DNA of 63,025 nucleotides, filler included, from 7 parts of 7 records of this genome joined end to end with filler, not necessarily neighbours in it, one strand, 5' to 3'. Shown: positions 51,918-61,792, counted from the whole stretch's first letter. Notes: generated by a model from the letters alone, not told the origin. Program-made: numbers and translations.

Positions 51918-53729
51918 ATGAATTTAAAAGATATATTATCACCCTTCACCGCCTGGAAACACCTTGTAAAGGAGCCTGTAACAATAAAGGATCCTTTTAA
52001 CAGGGAGGCGGCTGACAGATATAGAGGTTTTCATAAAAACGATCTTGAAAAATGTATTGGTTGTGGTACATGTGAAGAGATTTGTGAAAACGAAGCCATT
52101 GACTTAGTGCCCGTTGAAGGAATTGAAACTAAAGATGGCGATAGCGGTTTAAGACCAAAAGTTGATTATGGCCGATGCTGCTGGTGTGCATTATGTGTTG
52201 ATATTTGCACAACCAACTCATTGACCATGAGTAATGCCTATACATGGACTGCTGAAGACCCTGAAGAATTTCGTTTTATTCCGGGGGCAGATAATAAACC
52301 TTGGGATGAGAAAGAAAAAGGTTGGAAAAAGCCAGAAGGAAATTACAACCTTTACGACCTTGACCGTGTCCATATGGAACATCTTGAACCTGAAGCACGT
52401 GATAATTCATTCATCGAAATGGTGAAAGGTTATTCCAAAGAGCAAGCACAGAAAGAGGCCGATCGTTGCGTGGAATGCGGTATTTGTGTGGCTACTTGTC
52501 CTGCTCATATGGGAATCCCGGAATATATTAAAGCCGTTCGCGAAGATAATATCGAAGAAGGATTTAAAATTCTATATGAAACAAACCCATTACCTGAAAT
52601 TTGCGGACGTATCTGTACGCACAAATGTGAAACGGTATGTTCTGTTGGTCATAATGGCGATCCGCTTTCAATTCGCTGGTTGAAACGTTATATTGCTGAC
52701 CAGGTTGAGGCTGAGGATTATAAAAAAGTACTTGGAACAGAAAATATAGAGAAAAACGATCGCAAAGTGGCGATTATTGGCGCCGGTCCTTCGGGATTAT
52801 CCGCTGCACACTATTTGGCATTAGCAGGATATAGTTGTACTATTTTTGAAAAACTGCCTGAGGCTGGAGGTATGATGCGTTATGGTATACCGGAGTATCG
52901 ATTACCTTACGATCAACTTGATAAAGATATTAACTATATTCAGAGTTTAGGAGTTGAAATCAAGTATAACGTGAGTGTTGGAAAAGACATTCTATTGAAT
53001 GATCTTAAGCATGAATATGATGCTGTATTTGCTGGTACCGGACTGCATTTAGGTCGCAGTACCAGAATTCCTGGAACTGATCATGAAGAAGTGTATATGG
53101 CCGCAGACTTGTTGCGTGATATATCACTTGGCAAAGAAATTCCTGTAGCAGAAAAGATCGTGGTGATTGGTGGAGGTAACGTAGCTATGGATATTACTCG
53201 TTCGTTGGCTCGTTTACAAAATCAGAAATTTGGCAAAGTTGATGTTACTGCAACATCACTTGAGTCGGAAGATATAATGCCAGCTGATCGTGAAGAAGTT
53301 GTGGAAGCACGCGAAGAGAAAGCTGTTGTCGATCCGGGATGGGGACCAGAAAGAATTGAGATTGAAGATGGTAAATTGAAAGGCCTTCATGTGAAGAAAT
53401 GCTTGTCGGTATTTGATGAGGAAGGTAGATTCAATCCTAAGTTTGATGAAGATAATCGTAAATTCTTTGAAGCAGACATGGTAGTAGAATCTATTGGTCA
53501 GGGAGCTGATCTTTCTTATATCTCAGATGATATCAGAGATAATATTGAATTTAGCGAGCGTGGACGAATGATTGTGAATGACTACTTCCAGTCTAAAGCA
53601 GAATGGTTATTCGTTGGTGGTGATATCATACAGGGACCAGACGTGATTCACGGAATTGCCAACGGGCATAAAGCTGCAAGAGGAATCGACAAATACCTGA
53701 ATGGTGATTTAAAATATAAAAATGATTAG
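51918..53729 (+). CDS. NuoI/MbxN-like 2x[4Fe-4S] domain fused to a GltD/SudA-like FAD/NAD(P)H oxidoreductase
   Basis: RYRGFH, CIGCGTCEEIC, DYGRCCWCALCVDIC; then EADRCVEC, CGRICTHKCE, GAGPSG, YGIPEYRL, GGGNVAMD. Confidence 0.88.
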   Translation: MNLKDILSPFTAWKHLVKEPVTIKDPFNREAADRYRGFHKNDLEKCIGCGTCEEICENEAIDLVPVEGIETKDGDSGLRPKVDYGRCCWCALCVDICTTNSLTMSNAYTWTAEDPEEFRFIPGADNKPWDEKEKGWKKPEGNYNLYDLDRVHMEHLEPEARDNSFIEMVKGYSKEQAQKEADRCVECGICVATCPAHMGIPEYIKAVREDNIEEGFKILYETNPLPEICGRICTHKCETVCSVGHNGDPLSIRWLKRYIADQVEAEDYKKVLGTENIEKNDRKVAIIGAGPSGLSAAHYLALAGYSCTIFEKLPEAGGMMRYGIPEYRLPYDQLDKDINYIQSLGVEIKYNVSVGKDILLNDLKHEYDAVFAGTGLHLGRSTRIPGTDHEEVYMAADLLRDISLGKEIPVAEKIVVIGGGNVAMDITRSLARLQNQKFGKVDVTATSLESEDIMPADREEVVEAREEKAVVDPGWGPERIEIEDGKLKGLHVKKCLSVFDEEGRFNPKFDEDNRKFFEADMVVESIGQGADLSYISDDIRDNIEFSERGRMIVNDYFQSKAEWLFVGGDIIQGPDVIHGIANGHKAARGIDKYLNGDLKYKND

Positions 53730-53768
53730 GTATTAAAAAGAATAATATCATATGGTTAAAAGAAATTA

Positions 53769-53891
53769 GGTCTCTGATAAAAAAGCTTCAGTTTTGAGGC
53801 CTGCGAATCCTGAAAAATGTGAGCCTACTTTTGTAAGTGATCATTTTGAAGGTGAGCATAACGAAGAAAATGGAGCTTTTTTGCAGAGATC
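53769..53891. repeat. Small intergenic MITE/REP-like element with imperfect terminal inverted repeats
   Basis: GGTCTCTGATAAAAAAGCTTCA ... TGGAGCTTTTTTGCAGAGATC. Confidence 0.6.
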
Positions 53892-53906
53892 AAAAACTAT
53901 AAATAT

Positions 53907-54896
53907 ATGGCTGATCTAAAGACAACTTACATGGGAAAAGAGCTTAAAACTCCAATTATTGTTGGAAGTTCTGAGCTTACTGATTCACCTGAAAAGGTAA
54001 AACAATTGGCTGATTATGGTGCAGGTGCAGTCGTGCTGAAATCATTGTTTGAAGAACAAATCATGATGGAAGTAGATGCCCAGCGCGTAAATAATATGTA
54101 TGGCTCTTATGAAGACGTTGAGAATTATGTGTCTTTTTACACCCGTAAGCATAATTTGGATGAATACTTAAGCTTGATTTTAAATGCCAAGAAGGATACT
54201 GATATTCCGGTTTTTGCAAGTATTAATTGTGTGTCAAATGGTGAGTGGGTTGAGTTTGCCCAACAAATTGAGAATGCCGGAGCTGATGGAATAGAGTTGA
54301 ACATGTTTATTATGCCTAACGATCCTGAAAAAAGAGGCAGCGAACTTGAAAGTGTTTATTTCGATGTAATTGAACATATAAATAAAGAAGTAAACATTCC
54401 AGTTTCGATGAAAGTAAGCTCTTATTTCTCAGGAATGGCGCATATGTTGGTTGATTTATCGAAAACAGATTTATCAGCATTGGTCATGTTCAATCATTTC
54501 TATAAGCCGGATATTGATATTGATAAAGAGGAAATAATTTCATCTGAAATATTTACAGCACCAAAAGATATTGCTAATACCCTTCGTTGGACAGGAATAT
54601 TGTCTGACAAAGTTGATTGTGATATTGCTGCTTCAACCGGTGTGCATTCCGGAGCGGATGTAGTAAAAACGCTATTAGTTGGTGCAAAAGCCGCACAAGT
54701 AGCTTCGGCACTATATAAATATAAGCCTAAGCATCTGCAAACTATGATAGCTGATATTGAAAGGTGGATGGATAAAAAAGGTTATACCAGTATTGCTGAT
54801 TTTCAAGGTAAAATGAGTCAGGCAAATGTGAAGCGCCCAATGATGTATGAGCGTGCACAGTTTATGAAATATTATTCGAATAACAGTACTTTATAG
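53907..54896 (+). CDS. Dihydroorotate dehydrogenase-like flavoprotein, non-canonical
   Basis: GAGAVVLKSLFEEQI, GADGIELN, ASTGVH, YERAQFMK; lacks the SCPN catalytic Cys loop. Confidence 0.85.
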   Translation: MADLKTTYMGKELKTPIIVGSSELTDSPEKVKQLADYGAGAVVLKSLFEEQIMMEVDAQRVNNMYGSYEDVENYVSFYTRKHNLDEYLSLILNAKKDTDIPVFASINCVSNGEWVEFAQQIENAGADGIELNMFIMPNDPEKRGSELESVYFDVIEHINKEVNIPVSMKVSSYFSGMAHMLVDLSKTDLSALVMFNHFYKPDIDIDKEEIISSEIFTAPKDIANTLRWTGILSDKVDCDIAASTGVHSGADVVKTLLVGAKAAQVASALYKYKPKHLQTMIADIERWMDKKGYTSIADFQGKMSQANVKRPMMYERAQFMKYYSNNSTL

Positions 54897-54959
54897 TTTC
54901 TTCAATGTAATAAATGTGTTGATAAGCTATAAGAAATCTATACAACACTTTGGTAAATT

Positions 54960-54989
54960 AAGCGTGGTTGAAAGGCCGCGCTTTTTTTT
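54960..54989 (+). terminator. Intrinsic terminator
   Basis: AAGCGTGGTT-gaaa-GGCCGCGCTT followed by a T-run. Confidence 0.8.
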
Positions 54990-55146
54990 ATTGATCAAAT
55001 TTTCATATATGAATCAAATGTGATTGTGAAAATTTAAAGAAAAAATTCCTGAATTAGTTGGCTGAATGTGAAACAAAATCACAATATTGGCGATTTTAGT
55101 AGGATTTTCGTATTTTGGGCTGCAATATAAATAAACAAAACTAAAT

Positions 55147-55229
55147 TGTAGTCCATCCCGACATAGTTGAACCTTATCTTAATTTATTAAGATAAGATGT
55201 GAAACTAAGTCGTTGGATAGCATGCTACA
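55147..55229 (+). other. Rod-like imperfect hairpin, candidate structured RNA
   Basis: Nested pairings TGTAG/CTACA, ATCC/GGAT, CGAC/GTCG, TAGTT/AACTA, CTTATCTTAA/TTAAGATAAG. Confidence 0.45.
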
Positions 55230-55244
55230 CTAAAAACTGATTAA

Positions 55245-56423
55245 TTGACAGGTGCACAAAAAATAAATCCACTTTGGCTGAAAGCCGGAATTATAGGTAG
55301 CTCATGGGCTGCTTTTGAGATTATTGTGGGTAGTTTTTTGCATAATCTGCAAATTCCATTTGCCGGAACCATGCTTTCAGCTGCCAGTGTGTTTTTACTC
55401 ATCAGCTTTGCTCAGTTATGGAATGAACGTGGAGTGATATTGCGCGCAGGAATCATTTGCGCTCTAATGAAATCAATATCGCCTAGTGCCGTAATTATTG
55501 GACCTATGGTTGGAATTTTCATGGAAGCGTTGCTAATTGACCTATTTCTTTTAATCATGGGGCGCAATGTAATTGGGTTTATTGTAGCGGGTGCATTTGC
55601 TGTATTGTGGTCATTAGTGCAAAAGATACTTTTCTTGCTTCTCATGTACGGTCTTGATCTTATCGAGTTAGCAAAATCATTGTATCAGTACCTGGTAAAA
55701 TTATCTGGCATCGACTCATTTTCAAGCCTGTATTTGATTGTTGGTATTGTAATTCTATATTTTGTTTTGGGTGCAGTTGCAGCTTATGCTGGCTTTGTGA
55801 GCGGTAAAAGGTATGTGAATTCCAAAGTGAAAAATCAGCAAGTATTGCAAGTTAATCTAAATCAAAAAGATACTTTCCAATTAGTTGAAGCACAGCAATT
55901 TTCAGTGTTATTGCTGTTTTTGGTTATAGGTACTATCGTGGGAAGTTTGTATTTTGTAAATAAGCAAATGTATTGGGCTGCTGGCGGATTGGGTATTTCA
56001 TTCATTATGTTTTGTATTTATCGATATAAAAATTCCACCAAATATTTGCGTAAACCTAAAATTTGGATACAATTTATTTTAATCACAACCATTGCAGCCT
56101 TGATTTGGGGATGGGCCTCAACAGGTTCTTATTTTTCCAAAGAGGGTTTAGTAGTAGGGCTGGAAATGAATTACCGGGCAGTGATTATCATTTTTGGTTT
56201 TGCCGCTGTAGGGGTTGAATTGCGTAATCCGGTAGTAAAAGCCATTTTGTTTAGAAGAGGATTTAAACAGTTACACCAAACTTTATCGTTTTCTTTTGCT
56301 GCATTGCCTGTAATTATTGGAAGTTTGCCAAAGCCTGCTTTATTCTTTAAACAGCGGAGCAAAATAATAGCTCAAATATTAAATCAGTCACAAAATATGT
56401 TACAATCCATTGACGACAAATAG
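55245..56423 (+). CDS. Multi-pass membrane protein of unknown function
   Basis: About 10 hydrophobic segments; WAAFEIIVGSFLHN, KSISPSAVIIGPM; TTG start. Confidence 0.75.
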   Translation: MTGAQKINPLWLKAGIIGSSWAAFEIIVGSFLHNLQIPFAGTMLSAASVFLLISFAQLWNERGVILRAGIICALMKSISPSAVIIGPMVGIFMEALLIDLFLLIMGRNVIGFIVAGAFAVLWSLVQKILFLLLMYGLDLIELAKSLYQYLVKLSGIDSFSSLYLIVGIVILYFVLGAVAAYAGFVSGKRYVNSKVKNQQVLQVNLNQKDTFQLVEAQQFSVLLLFLVIGTIVGSLYFVNKQMYWAAGGLGISFIMFCIYRYKNSTKYLRKPKIWIQFILITTIAALIWGWASTGSYFSKEGLVVGLEMNYRAVIIIFGFAAVGVELRNPVVKAILFRRGFKQLHQTLSFSFAALPVIIGSLPKPALFFKQRSKIIAQILNQSQNMLQSIDDK

Positions 56424-56952
56424 AACATATATAATTACAGGTGGAGTCCACGAAGGGAAAACCACTTTTGCACGCCAATTAGCTATGCAGTTGTCATCGG
56501 ATGGGTTAAACGTTGATGGATTTGTTTGCCCTGGGACTTTTGAATCTGATGTGCGTGATTCTTTTTCTATTATGTTTTTAAGTTCGAACCAGGAATTAAA
56601 ATTTGCTATAAATCAACCTAAGGAGAACTGGATGAATTTTAAACGATTTTATTTCAATCCGGAAGCCATTAATAAAGGGAATAGCGTTTTGATAAACGCT
56701 GCCAACGATGAATCTATAGCAGTATTTGTGGACGAAATCGGGAAATGGGAAGTAGAAGATGGGGGATGGAGTGAGGGAGTACTTGCTTTATTGCAAAAGC
56801 AAAATTCGGTGAAGATTTTAGTTATTCGTAAAGAATTTGTCAAGGCTGTAAGTGAAAAGTTTAAATTGAAACAACCGATTATTTATGATATTCAAAACGT
56901 TTCTATGCAAGAAGCGTATGAAGAAATATTAAGTTACAAAACAACCCTATAG
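56410..56952 (+). CDS. THEP1/DUF2478-like P-loop NTPase
   Basis: ITGGVHEGKTT, VDEIGKWE; overlaps the upstream gene. Confidence 0.8.
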   Translation: MTTNRTYIITGGVHEGKTTFARQLAMQLSSDGLNVDGFVCPGTFESDVRDSFSIMFLSSNQELKFAINQPKENWMNFKRFYFNPEAINKGNSVLINAANDESIAVFVDEIGKWEVEDGGWSEGVLALLQKQNSVKILVIRKEFVKAVSEKFKLKQPIIYDIQNVSMQEAYEEILSYKTTL

Positions 56953-56962
56953 AACCTAAATC

Positions 56963-57427
56963 ATGGAAATAAAAGCACTTAAAGCAGAAAAATTTAAAGG
57001 AAAATCCGATAAGCTGGATCTAAGGATCGATACTTTCCAAATTATTATTGCAGAGCTCAATAATAAAGATGTTACCGATGCGGTTGCCACTCAAATAAAT
57101 ATACAGATTGATTCATTGAATGCCTTTTCTGGTGATGCTAAATTATTTAGAACTCAGCTCTATAAAACACAAACTAAAATTTTATCACTTGTTAAAAAAG
57201 AGTTGAAACTCGTTCCCATCAACCATTATCGAAGTTTATGGATGGCTATTGGTATGGCTGTATTTGGTGTGCCAATTGGCGTTGGATATGGTACTGCCAT
57301 TAGTAATATGGGTTTGTTGGCTATAGGTATTCCAATCGGAATGGTCATCGGAATGGCAGTTGGTGCCGGAATGGATAAAAAAGCAAAACAAGAAGGAAAA
57401 CAACTCAATGTGGAGATTAAACTCTAA
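56963..57427 (+). CDS. Hypothetical protein with C-terminal glycine-zipper TM hairpin
   Basis: GMAVFGVPIG...GIPIGMVIGMAVG..MDKKA. Confidence 0.7.
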   Translation: MEIKALKAEKFKGKSDKLDLRIDTFQIIIAELNNKDVTDAVATQINIQIDSLNAFSGDAKLFRTQLYKTQTKILSLVKKELKLVPINHYRSLWMAIGMAVFGVPIGVGYGTAISNMGLLAIGIPIGMVIGMAVGAGMDKKAKQEGKQLNVEIKL

Positions 57428-57795
57428 TAAACAAAAGTTTGAGTTGTTTATTAAATATAATATATCTGTCTAGTTAAAAATATTGATGGACAGCTTAGTA
57501 TAAAAAAGGTCTTTGATTTCATAGTAATTCACATTTAGTAATTGTTTTATTTATTAGGATAATTATAAAGTTTAACGGAGTGGTGATTTTTTTGTGTCTA
57601 GAGGCAAATTAGGAAGCAATTATGTTTTTTATCAAACTTTTTTCTTGAAAAAAAAATACAAAAAATCAAGATCAAATTATGCTTCAGCCCGCATTTGGAG
57701 GTGCTGCTATTTCACGATAACGGTTAATTTAACTTGGCATAAGTGTTTTAAGTGGGCACCTTCTGCTTGAAGATTTCGGCCGTAGGCAAATTAAA

Positions 57796-57895
57796 NNNNN
57801 NNNNNNNNNNNNNNNNNNNNNNNNNNNNNNNNNNNNNNNTTAATTAATTAANNNNNNNNNNNNNNNNNNNNNNNNNNNNNNNNNNNNNNNNNNNN
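57796..57895. other. Artificial contig spacer
   Basis: 44 N + TTAATTAATTAA + 44 N. Confidence 0.99.
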
Positions 57896-57941
57896 AATAA
57901 GCTAATAAGCTAGGCCTGACCCCCTGACGCAAAAAATTGTT

Positions 57942-58026
57942 CCTGCACAACGGCGTGCGGGATTTGAACGGCAACGAAGCCTGACACAGGAAAGATATTT
58001 ATTCTTTTCCGTGCCAGGTTTTTTTT
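57942..58026 (+). promoter_or_regulatory. ANTAR (EutV-type) dual-hairpin RNA element overlapping an intrinsic terminator
   Basis: P1 CCTGCAC-AACGGC-GTGCGGG (57942-57961), P2 GGC-AACGAA-GCC (57970-57981). Both are 6-nt loops with A1/G4. P2 overlaps terminator CCTGACACAGGAAAGA...TCTTTTCCGTGCCAGG-T8. Confidence 0.85.
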
Positions 58027-58066
58027 ATGCAATCACACAAGAGAGAAAGGCAATAGGTACACGGGA

Positions 58067-59500
58067 ATGAAGGAGACGGTTTTAAGCGTAGGCATTGATA
58101 TAGGAACCTCTACCACCCAGCTTGTTTTCAGTCAGATCTCCCTGGAAAACATGGCATCCATGGTGTCGGTTCCAAGGATCAAAATTGTTGACAAGGAAGT
58201 GGTATACCGGAGTGACATCCATTTTACCCCCCTGGTCTCAAAGATCGAGATCGATGCCAGGGCCGTTCGTACCATTGTGGAACAGGAGTACGCCAAGGCC
58301 GGCATCCTTCCGGACCAGGTCCAGACCGGCGCCGTGATCATCACCGGGGAGACCGCCAGGAAGCAGAATGCCTCCGAGGTGCTTTCCATGCTGAGCGGGC
58401 TTGCCGGCGAGTTTGTGGTTGCAACGGCCGGACCTTCCCTGGAGGGCATCATTGCCGGCAAGGGTGCCAATGCCCAGGAGGAGTCCAAAAAACGGGGGGC
58501 GACCGTCGCCAACCTGGACATCGGGGGCGGTACCACCAACATTGCGGTGTTCCGGAACGGCGAGGTGATCGACACCTCCTGCCTGGACATCGGCGGACGG
58601 CTCATCCGATTTGCCGAAGGGGCCGGCAAGGTGGCCTATTGTTCCGATAAGATGGGTATCCTGACCCGGTCCATGGGCCTTGACGCAGCCGCTGGAAATC
58701 CTTTGTCCGTCGAGGCCGTCGAGACCATCTGCGGCAAAATGGCCCATGTCCTGGAAGAGGTGGTCGGGGTGGCGCCAGCCACGGATGACCTTGCAACCCT
58801 GGTGACGGACAAAGACCTGAAACGGGACTATGCCATCGACTACATCACCTTCTCCGGCGGGGTTGCCGACTGCATCACAACGAATCGGGACGGCAACGAT
58901 TTTGAGTACGGCGATATCGGACGGTTTCTCGGACGGGCCATTGCAAATTCCAGGCTCTTCAAGGAAAAGCAGGTGCTCGAGTCCGCCGAGACCATCCGGG
59001 CAACGGTGGTGGGGGCAGGGTCCCACACCACGGACATCAGCGGAAGCACCATCACCTTTAACAATGATGCGCTTCCGGTCCAGAACATCCCCATCCTCAA
59101 GCTCTCGGAGGAGGATGAGGCACAGCCCCTGGACACCTGGGGCAAGATCATCGCTGAAAAGGTGGAATGGTTCCGGCTCAAGGAGGAGCGCCAGACCCCG
59201 GCCCTGGCCCTCAAGGGGTTCGATGACATCAGCTTCGAGGGCATTCAGCTCCTGGCCCGGGCCATCATCGACGGCATGGCCTCCATCATCAACGAAGAAG
59301 TGCCGTTGATCGTTGTTGTGGAATGCGATCTTGCAAAGGTGCTTGGGCAGACACTCAAGGCACAGCTTGACTTTAAGAAAGACGTCATCTGTATCGACAC
59401 GGTCAAGGTTGAAAACGGTGATTACATCGATATCGGCCAGGGCCTTGCCGGTGGCAAGGTTGTCCCGGTAATCGTGAAAACACTGCTCTTTGGCTATTAA
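58067..59500 (+). CDS. eutA: Ethanolamine ammonia-lyase reactivating factor
   Basis: SVGIDIGTSTTQ, GAVIITGETARK, DIGGGTTN, TIRATVVGAG, VPVIVKTLLF. Confidence 0.96.
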   Translation: MKETVLSVGIDIGTSTTQLVFSQISLENMASMVSVPRIKIVDKEVVYRSDIHFTPLVSKIEIDARAVRTIVEQEYAKAGILPDQVQTGAVIITGETARKQNASEVLSMLSGLAGEFVVATAGPSLEGIIAGKGANAQEESKKRGATVANLDIGGGTTNIAVFRNGEVIDTSCLDIGGRLIRFAEGAGKVAYCSDKMGILTRSMGLDAAAGNPLSVEAVETICGKMAHVLEEVVGVAPATDDLATLVTDKDLKRDYAIDYITFSGGVADCITTNRDGNDFEYGDIGRFLGRAIANSRLFKEKQVLESAETIRATVVGAGSHTTDISGSTITFNNDALPVQNIPILKLSEEDEAQPLDTWGKIIAEKVEWFRLKEERQTPALALKGFDDISFEGIQLLARAIIDGMASIINEEVPLIVVVECDLAKVLGQTLKAQLDFKKDVICIDTVKVENGDYIDIGQGLAGGKVVPVIVKTLLFGY

Positions 59501-59521
59501 AATATTTAGAAGGAATAGATA

Positions 59522-60886
59522 ATGCGATTAAAAACAAAACTGTTCGGAACCCTTTATGAGTTCAAGGATATCAACGAGGTCATGGCAAAGGCCAACGAGG
59601 AAAAGTCCGGCGATCAGCTTGCCGGTCTGGCCGCCACATCCGTCACCGAGATGATCGCCGCCAAGGAGGTTCTGAGCAACCTCACCCTTAAGGACCTCAG
59701 GAACAACCCCGCGGTTCCCTATGAAATCGACGAGGTCACCCGGATCATCCAGGACCAGGTCAACGAGCGGATCTACCGGAGCATCCAGAACTGGACCGTT
59801 GCCGATTTCCGTGAGTGGCTCCTGAGCCACGGCACCACCGCCAAGGATATCGCCCGGGTCTCCAGGGGACTCACCTCCGAGATGGTGGCGGCCGTTGCCA
59901 AGATCATGTCCAACATGGATCTGATCTATGCCGCTAAAAAAATCCGGGTCACCGCCCACTGCAACACCACCGTCGGTGAGGCAGGCACCCTGGGATTCAG
60001 GCTCCAGCCCAACCACACCACCGATGATATCGACGGTATCCGGATCTCCCTGTTCGAGGGCCTGAGCTATGGTATCGGTGATGCCGTTGTCGGCCTCAAC
60101 CCTGTCAACGACACCGTGGATTCCGTTTCCGCCGTTCTCAAGATGTTCCAGGAGATCAAGGAAACCCACAACATTCCGACCCAGAACTGCGTGCTTGCCC
60201 ATGTGAAGACCCAGATGGATGCCGTCAAGAACGGCGCTCCCTCGGACATGATCTTCCAGAGTATTGCCGGCAGTGAAAAGGGTAACACCGCTTTTGGCCT
60301 TGACGGCGCCATCATGGCCGAGGCCAGGGATCTCATGCTCCGGGAGGGTACCTCCACCGGCCCCAACGTCATCTACTTTGAGACCGGCCAGGGCTCCGAG
60401 CTTTCCAGTGAGGCCCACCACGACGTCGACCAGGTGACAATGGAAGCACGGTGTTACGGTTTTGCAAAGAAATACCAGCCCTTCCTCGTCAACACGGTTG
60501 TCGGGTTCATCGGACCCGAGTACCTCTACGACAGCAAGCAGGTAACCAGGGCGGGCCTCGAGGATCATTTCATGGGCAAGCTCACCGGCGTTCCCATGGG
60601 CGTTGACGCCTGCTACACCAACCACATGAAGACCGACCAGAACGATATCGAGAACCTGGCCGTGCTTCTTGCCTCTGCCGGATGCACCTATTTCATGGGG
60701 ATTCCCCAGGGTGACGACATCATGCTCAACTACCAGTGCACCGGTTACCACGATGCTTCCAGCCTGAGAGAGCTTCTGGGCCTTACCCCGGTCAAGGAGT
60801 TTGCCGACTGGCTCGAGGAGATGGGAATCTATGAGAACGGACGACTGAGCGCCAGGGCCGGAGATGCCTCCCTCTTTATCAAATAG
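59522..60886 (+). CDS. eutB: Ethanolamine ammonia-lyase large subunit
   Basis: KANEEKSGD, RLQPNHTTD, YFETGQGSELSS, VVGFIGPEY, CYTNHM. Confidence 0.98.
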   Translation: MRLKTKLFGTLYEFKDINEVMAKANEEKSGDQLAGLAATSVTEMIAAKEVLSNLTLKDLRNNPAVPYEIDEVTRIIQDQVNERIYRSIQNWTVADFREWLLSHGTTAKDIARVSRGLTSEMVAAVAKIMSNMDLIYAAKKIRVTAHCNTTVGEAGTLGFRLQPNHTTDDIDGIRISLFEGLSYGIGDAVVGLNPVNDTVDSVSAVLKMFQEIKETHNIPTQNCVLAHVKTQMDAVKNGAPSDMIFQSIAGSEKGNTAFGLDGAIMAEARDLMLREGTSTGPNVIYFETGQGSELSSEAHHDVDQVTMEARCYGFAKKYQPFLVNTVVGFIGPEYLYDSKQVTRAGLEDHFMGKLTGVPMGVDACYTNHMKTDQNDIENLAVLLASAGCTYFMGIPQGDDIMLNYQCTGYHDASSLRELLGLTPVKEFADWLEEMGIYENGRLSARAGDASLFIK

Positions 60887-60910
60887 GCAAGACCAAAAGG
60901 AGATAAGATT

Positions 60911-61780
60911 TTGATTTCAGAAGATAAAATAAAAGATATCATCGCAGAGGTCATGGGTTCCATGGCGGCCGGCGGCCAGGCACCTGCCGGACAGGATGCC
61001 CCCGCACCGGAAGCGTGCGAGGAGCTGTGCGACCTGACAGCCGTTGACCTTAGAAAAGAGCTCCTGGTTCCGGAGCCTGCCAACCGTGAGGCCTACCTCA
61101 AGATGAAGGAGACCACTCCTGCCAGGATCGGTATCTGGAGAGCGGGTCCCAGACCCTTGACCCGGTCCCTTCTTCGTTTCAGGGCCGACCACGCCGTTGC
61201 CCAGGACGCGGTTTTCAGCGACGTTTCCGAGGAGTTCGTCGAGTCCATGGGGCTCTTCCAGATCACTTCCAGCTGCAGTGACAAGGATCAGTTCCTGACC
61301 CGTCCCGACCTTGGCAGGAAGCTGGATGACGAGACCATGGCCACCCTCAAGGAAAAGTGCAAGATGAGCCCCAGGGTCCAGATCTACATTGCCGACGGCC
61401 TGAGTTCCACCGCCATCGAGACCAATGCAAAGGACGCCTACAACTCCATCGTACAGGGCCTGAAGGGCCACGGCATCGAGACCGGTACCCCCTTCTTCCT
61501 CAAGTACGGCCGGGTTCCCGCCATGGACGTTATTTCCGAGGTTCTCACCCCCGAGGTCACCGTGCTTCTGATCGGTGAGCGTCCGGGCCTTGCCACCGGC
61601 GAGAGCATGAGCTGCTACATGGCTTACAAGGCCTCCACCACCATGCCCGAGGCCAACCGTACCGTAATTTCCAATATCCATAAGGGCGGAACACCTGCTG
61701 TTGAGGCCGGTGCCCACATTGCGGACATCGTCAAGACAATGCTCGAGCAGAAGGCCAGCGGCCTGGATCTCAAACTTTAG
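60911..61780 (+). CDS. eutC: Ethanolamine ammonia-lyase small subunit with N-terminal encapsulation peptide
   Basis: TPARIG, RADHAVAQDAV, RPDLGR, ADGLSS, LIGERPGL; N-terminal helix EDKIKDIIAEVMGSM plus linker. Confidence 0.97.
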   Translation: MISEDKIKDIIAEVMGSMAAGGQAPAGQDAPAPEACEELCDLTAVDLRKELLVPEPANREAYLKMKETTPARIGIWRAGPRPLTRSLLRFRADHAVAQDAVFSDVSEEFVESMGLFQITSSCSDKDQFLTRPDLGRKLDDETMATLKEKCKMSPRVQIYIADGLSSTAIETNAKDAYNSIVQGLKGHGIETGTPFFLKYGRVPAMDVISEVLTPEVTVLLIGERPGLATGESMSCYMAYKASTTMPEANRTVISNIHKGGTPAVEAGAHIADIVKTMLEQKASGLDLKL

Positions 61781-61792
61781 GAGAAATACGAT

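Noticed and set aside
55064..55085. TGTGA-N7-TCACA as a CRP/Rex site
   Set aside because: Spacing fits neither consensus, and the context is AT-rich.
57428..57795. Possible attC-like or gene remnant at the end of contig 6
   Set aside because: Could not identify paired R boxes or a credible ORF, and the region is truncated.
57896..58066. Cobalamin riboswitch upstream of eutA
   Set aside because: No B12-box core seen. The structure is explained by ANTAR hairpins plus a terminator.
59528..60751. 407-aa antisense ORF, plus 58238-59026, 60917-61717 and 62330-63007
   Set aside because: Shadow frames of GC3-rich eut genes, with no recognisable motifs.
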